From the IMG/VR virus record IMGVR_UViG_3300008113_000012, positions 44,456 through 108,455 of that record: DNA of 64,000 nt; one strand, given 5' to 3'. This document shows, piece after piece, positions 10,801 through 19,800 of the stretch (position 1 is the first letter of the stretch; each line of letters opens with the position of its first letter). Under the pieces are notes generated by a model, which ran no database searches, was not told where the DNA came from, and worked only from the letters and a program-made list of their open reading frames with translations. Both the position numbers and the translations under genes were made by a program. This DNA comes from a virus.

Positions 10801-13081
10801 CTATAACAGTGTGGACCACAAAGGTGATTTCCGTATCGGAGATTTATTCTACGTTAATCAAGCTACAGGTGAAGTTAGCTTTACAAACTCGGCAGTTAGT
10901 ATTGGCACAAGCCTGACATTTGACGACGGCGGCGGCAACATTACTTACATCGATGCTACTAAAATTGAAACCGGTGATTTTAGAATCAGCGATAACACAA
11001 TTGAAACATTAAGTTTAGATTTCAATGTTGATTCTGCGACTAATCAAATTAACCTACAGAGTAATGTTACTGTAACTGGCAACTTAGATGTTACAGGCGA
11101 TGTTACCGTTGGCGGCAATGTTACAATTGGTAACGAGTCAACTGACACTGTGCAATTTGTTGCCGGAGTTGACAGTGATATTTTACCTGCATTACCTAGT
11201 ACATATGATTTAGGTACCCCTACAGAACGTTGGAGTACATTATATTCTACAACGTTAATTAATGCTAACATTCAAATTAGCACTAATGTTATTACAACTA
11301 CTGATTCTAATTTAGATTTAACTTTACAAGCTAACGGCACAGGACGCATCTATGTACCTGCTAACAATGTTGAAATTACTAACAATCTAACAGTCAACGG
11401 AACTACAAATCTAGCAACAACCAACATTGGTGTAGTTGGTACCCCTGCGACTGTTACACACGTAGGCGGAGTAACTCAAACTGGAGACTTGTTCCAAACT
11501 GGTAACACTGAAATTACTGGAACATTAACTGTTGGGTCAACTGCACAGTTTGAAGACATACAAATAGATAATAATATTATTACTACTACAATTGGTAATA
11601 ATAATTTAGTATTAGAAGCTGCTGGTACAGGTAAGATTATTGTTCCTTTAGATAATGCTGAGGTAACAGGCACACTTACAGTAACAGGAACAACTAGTAC
11701 TACTACAATTAACAACTCTGGTACTGTTACTTCTACTATTTTTACTACTGGTAATTTAAGAATTACCACAAATAATATTACCACAACTGTAGCTGATACT
11801 GATCTAGTTTTAGAAGCAAGTGGTACCGGACGTATATATGTTCCAAGTAATGATGTTACACTAGGTAAAACACTAACTGTCACAGGCTTAACAACTCTAG
11901 TTGATACTGGTATTACTGGAACACTAACACATATTGGTGCAACTACACGAACAGGCGACGTTAATCAAACTGGCAACTATGTATTAACTGGAAACTTAAC
12001 AGTATCAAACATTGCACAGTTCAAAGATGTTAACATTACCAACAATGTAATCACAACAACTTTAACTAACAGCAATTTATTATTAGGTGCAGCCGGAACT
12101 GGAATTATTTCTGTACCTACTAACAACGTTACAATTGATAACAATCTAACCGTTACAGGAACAACATTCACAGCCAATATTAATAACAGCGGAACAGTTA
12201 CAGCTGGAACATTCAGCACTGGCAATATTAGTATAAATGGTAATACTATCCAGACTACTTCTACTAATAGTAATTTACAATTGCAAGCCGCTGGCACTGG
12301 ATTTATTGAACTTGAACAATTTGATGTACAAGAAAATGAATTAAGAATTAACAGCGGCACTGATATGACTATTGCGCCAAACGGCACAGGTATAGTTAAT
12401 ATCAATTCTACACAGAGTATTAAGTTACCAGTTGGTGCTACAGGAGATCGCCCTACACCAGTAACTGGTATGATTCGTTTCAATAATTCATTGAATAGAT
12501 ACGAAGGATACGATGGTGCTAATTGGATTAGACTAGACGGTGTTAGTGACAGTGACGGTAATACCTATATTACAGCTGAACTAACACCTGGTGCAAACGA
12601 TAACACTATTAGATTCGTCATCGATGGAACACAGGTTGCAGATTTAACATCAACAAGATTAGATGTTATTAACGTAGATGTTGATAGTATTAACATTAAT
12701 AATAATACTATTTCTACAACTACTACAAACACTGATTTGATCATAGCACCTAACGGTACCGGTGCACTAAGAATTGGGAACTTTGCCTTTCGTAGTAACT
12801 TGATCACAAATACTGTAAATAACAGTATCACATCATTTAATCAGACCGGTGACGGTTACGTTAAAATTAACAGCACTGGTGGATTTGTTATTCCTGTTGG
12901 TGAAACAGGACAACGCCCTGCACTATTTGAAGTTGGTATGATGCGCTACAACACAACAGATCAACGTGTTGAAATTTGGGACGGCGCTTTATGGGTAGGC
13001 GCAGGACAAGGCGCAGGCGGCGGAGTAACAGCTAACGAAGCACAAGACATTGGTATTGTTAGTGCAATTATATTTGGATAA
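7841..13081 (+). CDS. Giant virion fibre-like protein A2 (1746 aa), paralog of A1, with a LamG/concanavalin-A-like lectin domain
   Basis: N-terminus LGRISGQLLKDNLTR identical to A1; beta-helix cap; KFGTASLVLDGTGD...GDFTIEFFW...HIALFR...GYFDELRV LamG-like domain at ~9958-10500. Confidence 0.78.
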   Translation: MSQLGRISGQLLKDNLTRNGHDLTFDATDAHPEGLLHLDVNNRRVGIKTLTPDHELDVNGTTRTTDLEVTNQAVLDDLTFSTDTITSGTGTLNLTNGTGDQINYQAKLVVDNVELENNVIRTNSAANLELRPNGTGTVDVYADTNIYGDVYVSGNIRADGNITVGDANTDNITINADVASDIIPNTDITYKLGNGGTSYIEGVEFTLGDVTLTVSGTGTTVVLSIPAAGPTWINTLVAHTTGKSYQIVLDNEPGSYSLVTLGSWTGTNPQTVSTSNDGLIDGVYNVASIRFDQKRWLDLWVKNVYTDAVVSGDITIDGINLNSTQGKIYYVATNGSDSNAGEHQNDPFATVKKALSVATSDDAVYIYPGTYTEIFPLTVPVGVDLRGAGIRSVKITPTTATRYNDAFLINGESTVEDITIADFFSGGNYFTVTAASLNSTTVNVGTAPYAHTYVSGGTINIGGTDYTITNAVYTHTTGVLVLTHTGGTATPTTTVFLSNLTFSCNGGERVFPDNGYAFRFATDFAVTSRSPYIRNITVLTKGSVTSLSDPLGYNEGDAGKGAYIDGAYATALSKEASMLFHSVTFICPGVDVIVATNGTRVEWLNSFTYYANRSMYLYSSNDGFAGAGLTRLKLPVATRTGTWAVGNTVSYYDTNGTTVLTSGTVTSVDGDWVNLTGRVQGFLIPDDRAPKTVTLNGDAKLSTAQKKFGTASLVLDGTGDFITLSSQVDFGYGTGDFTIEFFWRPTAIGVAQVLLDCRTATNDTALYLEMNAAGNVRLFVSNAYRITSSVVCTAGTFNHIALFRTGGTTKLAVNGTITPTTFADATDYPARPFRLGATWVGTAPCTGYFDELRVVKGVTKYTTTVTVPTIPFLADTSTVLLLHFNGLNNSTNVVDDGVTFVDIRSSAGGATTDLAVADYSDFGVELRSIGSAAVYGNYGIYGDGAGVIAYLIGQNLAYIGNGKETTNDPTTVIQANEVVELDNAKIFYNSVDHKGDFRIGDLFYVNQATGEVSFTNSAVSIGTSLTFDDGGGNITYIDATKIETGDFRISDNTIETLSLDFNVDSATNQINLQSNVTVTGNLDVTGDVTVGGNVTIGNESTDTVQFVAGVDSDILPALPSTYDLGTPTERWSTLYSTTLINANIQISTNVITTTDSNLDLTLQANGTGRIYVPANNVEITNNLTVNGTTNLATTNIGVVGTPATVTHVGGVTQTGDLFQTGNTEITGTLTVGSTAQFEDIQIDNNIITTTIGNNNLVLEAAGTGKIIVPLDNAEVTGTLTVTGTTSTTTINNSGTVTSTIFTTGNLRITTNNITTTVADTDLVLEASGTGRIYVPSNDVTLGKTLTVTGLTTLVDTGITGTLTHIGATTRTGDVNQTGNYVLTGNLTVSNIAQFKDVNITNNVITTTLTNSNLLLGAAGTGIISVPTNNVTIDNNLTVTGTTFTANINNSGTVTAGTFSTGNISINGNTIQTTSTNSNLQLQAAGTGFIELEQFDVQENELRINSGTDMTIAPNGTGIVNINSTQSIKLPVGATGDRPTPVTGMIRFNNSLNRYEGYDGANWIRLDGVSDSDGNTYITAELTPGANDNTIRFVIDGTQVADLTSTRLDVINVDVDSININNNTISTTTTNTDLIIAPNGTGALRIGNFAFRSNLITNTVNNSITSFNQTGDGYVKINSTGGFVIPVGETGQRPALFEVGMMRYNTTDQRVEIWDGALWVGAGQGAGGGVTANEAQDIGIVSAIIFG

Positions 13082-13086
13082 AGAAC

Positions 13087-13416
13087 ATGGCATCATTTTT
13101 TAGAAATAAGGTATTGAAGGATGTGGGCGTGACCCCAGTAACTGCACTAACAACGGCAGCAAATACTCGTATGACTATCATCGGTATGAGTTTTGCTAAC
13201 TTAACAGAAAGTATTGTACTGCTTGATGTAAAACTTACAGATGCTACACCTACTACAGGTTACTATGCTAAACAAGTTTTAATACCTCCTAACTCTAGTT
13301 TAAGATTAGTAAATGGTGGTGAGAAATTAATTCTTGCAGAAAGTAATTCATTAATTGTTAATGCAAATGTAGCAGCAGGATTAGATGTTATTATCAGCTA
13401 CGTTGAATTAGTATAA
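13087..13416 (+). CDS. Small structural/adaptor protein (paralog family, copy 2)
   Basis: 109 aa; IPPNSSL...EKLIL pattern matches IPAGDTI...EKMVL of copy 1. Confidence 0.65.
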   Translation: MASFFRNKVLKDVGVTPVTALTTAANTRMTIIGMSFANLTESIVLLDVKLTDATPTTGYYAKQVLIPPNSSLRLVNGGEKLILAESNSLIVNANVAAGLDVIISYVELV

Positions 13417-13426
13417 GGAACATATC

Positions 13427-13801
13427 ATGGCATATTACGTTGGACAAAATAACAATTTAAATGAGATATTAGGGGAAGGAAATGCAAGATATTTTTATGC
13501 TTTGCGTAGAGACGACGATGGATTACTTTTCTTTGCAAAAATTGATCAATTAATTGATGAAGATACTATTACTATTAACAATTCTGGACTAACAGAAGAT
13601 GATTATACTGAATTTGAATACGGTGTTGACTTTTTTGACGGACGATTAGAAGAAGACCACAGCAGACCCTATGCAAATTTGCAATGGGATCAATTTAGAT
13701 GGGACAGCAAGAATGTGTATTATTATATAAACACTTCTGGAGAACTAATTGTAAGAATAAATCAAGCGTACACTTATCCACCTGAATTAATTGTAAGCTA
13801 A
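13427..13801 (+). CDS. Hypothetical acidic virion-associated protein
   Basis: AAGGA RBS; 124-aa ORF within the structural operon. Confidence 0.65.
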   Translation: MAYYVGQNNNLNEILGEGNARYFYALRRDDDGLLFFAKIDQLIDEDTITINNSGLTEDDYTEFEYGVDFFDGRLEEDHSRPYANLQWDQFRWDSKNVYYYINTSGELIVRINQAYTYPPELIVS

Positions 13802-13822
13802 AAGACATAAGGAAAATTTAAA

Positions 13823-16800
13823 ATGGCAGCAGAATTTAAAATTGGCAGATTGCGTTACACATGGAAAGGCGCTTGGGGAACAGCAACTTTTTATAATAGA
13901 GATGCGGTTGCATCATTTGACGGTAAAACTTATGTTTGTTTAGTACCTCACACATCTAGTCAGTTTTACAGCGATTACAATTACGTCGATCCAGTAAACG
14001 GTAGTGCTCCTCGCTGGACATTAATGTTAGATGGAACTTCTTGGAAGGGTGAATGGCAACCTCTTACATCATATACACTAGGTGCTATTGTTCTTTATGG
14101 CGGAAGTTTATATAAGCGTATTGTTAATGCACCTAGCGGCCCAACATTTAATACTGCTAATTGGGAAATTTACATCGATGTAAACAGTAATTGGGCAGGA
14201 GAGTGGATCACAGCTACGCTATACAAATTAGGTGATATTGTAAAATATGGCGCAACTACTTACAGATGTATAGTTCAACATACTTCTGCACTCCTTCTTG
14301 AAACTAATTTAGCAAATTGGGAAATTGTAGAAGCTGGTATCGAATTTAAAGGCACATGGAATCCTAGCGCAGTGCGCTATAAAGTTAACGACATAGTTAA
14401 ATACGGCCCAGACTTGTGGATTGCTAACGTAGGCCATACTTCAGCACTGCCATTTAATGCCAGCACTGACATTGAGAATACATTACTGTCATGGCGCCTA
14501 TGGCTTCCAGGCGCAGAGTATACAACATCGTGGAGTTCGACTACAATTTATCAACCGGGCGAAGTTGTAATGTATGGAGGTTATTCATACGTTAACTTAA
14601 CTATTAATAATCAAAACATTTTACCAACTGCTCCGGGTAGTGATTGGGAAGTAGTCACTACTGGATATAGTTTTCAAAATGATTGGTTAGTAGGAACAGC
14701 ATATAAAATTGGTTCAGTTGTTAGACGCGGCGGCAATTTGTTCGAAGCAATAATAGATACTCAAGGTGAAGATCCTACAGAGGCCACTGTTACCGTAAAT
14801 TATACCGCTGCCGGCAGTAGCGGAACTACATTAGTAGTTAATGATACAACTGGAATATACCCAGGCATGATAATTTCTGGAGACGGATTCGGATTAGGAC
14901 AATTTGTTACGGAAGTAGTCGACGGAACTACACTAGCTATTAGCCTCGCACCAGACAATACAATTATTGACAATTACCCATTATCGCTAACAGGAGTTAA
15001 CGGAACAGACTGGAAATTAATTACACCTGGAATTAGATGGAGAAATAGATGGCTAGCTGGCAGCACTTACGTAGTTGGTGATATTGCAATATGGAATAAT
15101 GCAACATATAAGTGTGTTAAGACAAATGTAGCAAGTACACCTAATAGACCAGATAATAATATAACAAATGATATTTGGATTCTACATCTCCCACATGACC
15201 AGTACAACGTTTTAAATCTACCTGGAGATATGGTTGTTAATACAGATGGTACTAATGAAGCATTGTCTATCGGCCCTGAAGGTTTCTTATTAAAATCAAT
15301 CAACGGTATTCCAACATGGTCAAACGTATTCCAAACCCCAGCAGTATATTATGTCACTCCAGACGGAACTGATTTACCAGGCAGTGGCAGGACTTGGGAC
15401 AACCCGTACAAGTCTATAAAATATGCATGTGATCAGATTAATACAGGTATTTTTAATCTTTTTGCTAAAACTAGATTATTAAATAACAAAGAATTTTTAG
15501 TAGAAGAAGTAGTGCAATGGCAAATCTATCAAGTTGCTCAAGGTAATGCACCCTTTACTATTAATGTATTTCCAGACGAATTTAAAACTAGACGAGATAC
15601 TGGGTATCTAATTGATGCAATTATATTTGATTTATCTCGCGGAGGTAATAGTCAAACTGTTGCATTTGTTTTATCATTTTTTGATAGAGAATCAGATAAC
15701 AAGTTTGTCACTGACGAAGTAGCAGACGAAATTGATACATTTATTGCAACTTTAAATCATTTATTTGATATTATTCTTGATGTATTAAACGGGGTAACAG
15801 TCACTCCTTCATACATTGATCTTAACAACGTTGTTACAGATCTAGTACAAGTTATTGGCGCTCCAGTCGAAGTATTAGTCATTAATCTTGTAAATGATTA
15901 TAGATCAATAATCATTACACCACTAGTTGATGCTAACACTAATAACGTTCCTCCTGAAAATCAAGGATTAACATCAACCGTTATGGTTAAAACTGGCGCT
16001 TTCTTTGAAGACCTTCCTATTGTTGTTCCATCAAATACTGCATTAGTTGGCGATGAGTTACGAGGAACAGTAGTTTCTCCAAAAGTAACAATTAACACAA
16101 TTATTACTAGAACTTTGGCCAGCACTAACGTTTTTGTAACAGTATCTACAGTAGGAATGGTTGAAGGAATGGGAGTACAATTTGTATCATCAAATCCTGT
16201 AGACGACAAAACTACAATTTTTGGCGGAGTGACTGCAGGACAGACATATTATATTGTTGGAGAAATTACAGCTACTCAATTTCAAGTTAGTGAAACAGTA
16301 GGCGGTTCTCCAATAACAGTTACAAATAATATAGGTGTTATGAAAATTTACGGAGGCGATGCACTAAAAGATATGTTTTATGTGCAAAACGCTACAGGTA
16401 TTCGCAATATGACACTTACAGGATTGTTAGGTACGTTGACAGATGTAAATGATTTTAATACACGTAGACCAACAGGCGGCGCATATGTTAGTTTAGATCC
16501 AGGTTCTGGACCAGATGATACTAGTGCATGGATTATTAAACGAAGTCCTTATATACAGAACGTAACAACATTTGGCATTGGCTGTGTTGGGTTGAAAGTA
16601 GATGGAACACTTCACTTAGGTGGAAATAAATCAGTAGTTGCTAACGATTTTACGCAAATTTTAAGCGACGGCATAGGTGCGTGGATCACTGGACCAGATG
16701 CGTTATCAGAACTTGTTTCAGTATTCAGTTACTATAACTATGCTGGATATTTTGCTGAAGATGGAGGACGTATCCGTGCTACTAACGGTAACAGCTCATA

Positions 16801-19800
16801 TGGAACATTTGGTGTTATTGCTGAAGGATTTAATGAAGACGAAGACCCTATTTTGGGAAATATTTTCAATAGGTACTTTGAAGCAACAGCTGAACCGTTT
16901 AGCTCATTAGGTTCAAACGCAGAAATTTTAAAATTACAATATAGTCACGCAGGAGAAATGTATGTAGTTCCCACTACTAATCTGTTAAACTATAGTAATT
17001 TATTTACTAACTGGTCGAGTGACGGTGGTGTTACATTAATCCAATCTATAGTTTCACCGTTTGGAATATCTAACGCATGGTTATCTATCGGAAATACGTC
17101 AGCAGCAGATGCTAATTTATTTTATCAAGATATTACGATAACTCCATCTGGGGCACAATACACAGAAGTTGAAGGTACAAACGTACCTGGTGAAGGTTCA
17201 GGATCAGGCGCTAAATTTAATATTACAGTAACTAGTACTGAATATCTTATTGCCGTATTTGATGGAGGTACTGGTTATGTTGCTACTAACAAGATTAGAA
17301 TCCTTGGCTCACAGTTAGGAGGAGTTGACGGAGAAAATGATCTAGTCATTACTGTTACTGGACTTCTTGGTACTGCCATTTCAACCGTAAGCATTACGCC
17401 AACGGGCGAATATCCAAACACTGTGCAAGTAGGAAGCATACAACCTTACACATTTAGTATCTACTGTAAAAAGGGTACTGCGACATTATTTGAAGTAATA
17501 GCAACCTTTAGCGGATATTCTACAGCATCAAGTGGAATTACTTTTAATTTTAATACATTAGAAGTAACGCCTTTTGCATTAACAGGCGGCCTTACACCTA
17601 CAGTGTATTCTGCTATTCCTGTATCTGGAGCCGAAGGATGGTATAGATTGTCTTTTAGATTCAACGATGTATCTGCACTTAACAGCTCGTTAAGAATAAC
17701 CATATATCCAAGATCAAGAAATGGTAGTAGTAGCTATACATTATTATATGGATCACAATTAGAACTTGGAAATACTATAGGATTCTATCTAGATACTACT
17801 ACAAATAAATTTACTTCATATGCAAATTTTGAAATTACAGGCGCAGGCACTGGAGTTAGTGTAGTAGGAGACGAAATTAGAACTAAGAGTGTATATCAGA
17901 CTCGATTGTTAGAAGTTAACTCAGTTACTGGCGGTCAAAACTATTTGGTATCTACTAACAATGGACAAGCTGGTACTTTTGCTACCTTCACTATTGCGGC
18001 TTCTGACCAAGCTGGAGAAAAAGAATACTTAGGAATGCGACTATTCATTAATAGCGGAACAGGAGCAGGACAATACGGTACTATTTCATTCTTTGACACA
18101 CTACTTAAAACAGCGTCGATAGTAAAAGAATCTTTTATTCCAGTTGAAATCACATCAACAGAGACTACAACAGATACGTTTACACTAAGCGGTCCAAGTG
18201 ATGTAAATTCTCTATATGTTGGACAAATAGTTCAATTTGTTCCTACTACATACAATGTATCTGTAGGTATTGTTTCTCAAAGTAGTGTTAGCGCAACAGC
18301 AACAACAGGTGGCACTGTAAATACTATCACAGTTACTAGTACTTCAAGCCTAACAGTAGATATGCCTATAGTATTTACAGGAGTAACTTTTGGTGGAGTA
18401 ACTTCAAATTTTACATACTATGTGTTGACAATTATTGACGATACTAACATTCAAGTGTCTACTTTAATAGGCGGCGCAGTAGTATTATTAACAACAGTTT
18501 CACCTGGGTTAATGCAATTAAATTATCCTAATAACACCAGTTACCTGCAAGGTATTACTACAAATATGCAAGTAAATTTACCAATTTACTTTACAGGAAA
18601 TCCGTTATCATCTATAGTTGCAGGAACTACTTATTTTATTAATGAGATTTATGACGGAACTAATTTTACGATCTCTCCCTCATTAATTACACTAACTGCA
18701 ACCAATACTACAACAGTTAGCAATACAATAACAGTGAATGACACTACTGGGTTAAAGTCATTAACTCCAGTAATATTTACAGGAACTTCATTTGGAGGAG
18801 TGTTAGCTAATACCAAGTATTATATTAATCATGTAGTTGATGCAAGTAAAATTACTATCTCTGCATCTGTAACAACAACTACAATTACTTCTACAAAGAT
18901 AACAAGTAATTTAATCACAGCAACATCTACAACAGGATTTATAATTGGAAACCCAATTGTATTTACAGGTACAACATTTGGAGGTATTGTCAATGATCAA
19001 ACTTATTTTATATTGTATGTTGCAAACAGCACAAAGTTTACCGTAAGTAATACCTCAGTTGCATTGAATATTGCAGTATCTGAAACAACAGTATCTACAG
19101 ATCCAACACGACCAAATGAACTTACTGTAGCATCGTCTAACAACCTAACGCCGCTAAATCCAATTGTATTTACAGGTACAACATTTGGAGGTATAACTGC
19201 AAACATAACATATTTTGTAAACAGAATTATTGATGCACAACATATAACTGTTTCACCTAGTATTATTAGTGCAACGGCAACAGAAACTGAAGCAGTTTCT
19301 AATCTTATTACAGTAAATGATACCACTGGCTTTGTTCCTAATAATCCTGTAATATTTTCAGGTGATACTTTTGGTGGTCTTGTATCTGGAACCGTGTATT
19401 ATGTTTCGGCTGTAAACTCCATAACATCATTTACTGTTAGTACAGTTCCTTCAGGTTCGGCAGTTACATTAACTGATGGATTTGGTATTATAACAGTAAG
19501 AACTACTTCTGCAAATGTAACATTAACTTCAGCAACAGGTTCTTTTGCAGGTACTACCCGTTTAGGTGGAGCACCAGTATCTTTGACAACTGCAACAGGT
19601 AATTGTATTACTAGAACAACTGGTGCATCTGTAGCACTAACAACTGCAACTGGAACATTAACAGCTACTACTACATCTGCAAAAGAAGTATTGTCTAATG
19701 ATTTTGGATCTATGAATGGTATTTTTGAAGTTCCGTTGATTGGAGGTGTTGTACGCGGAGACCATTATTATGTAAAATCAATTCTACCTGGATCAACAAA

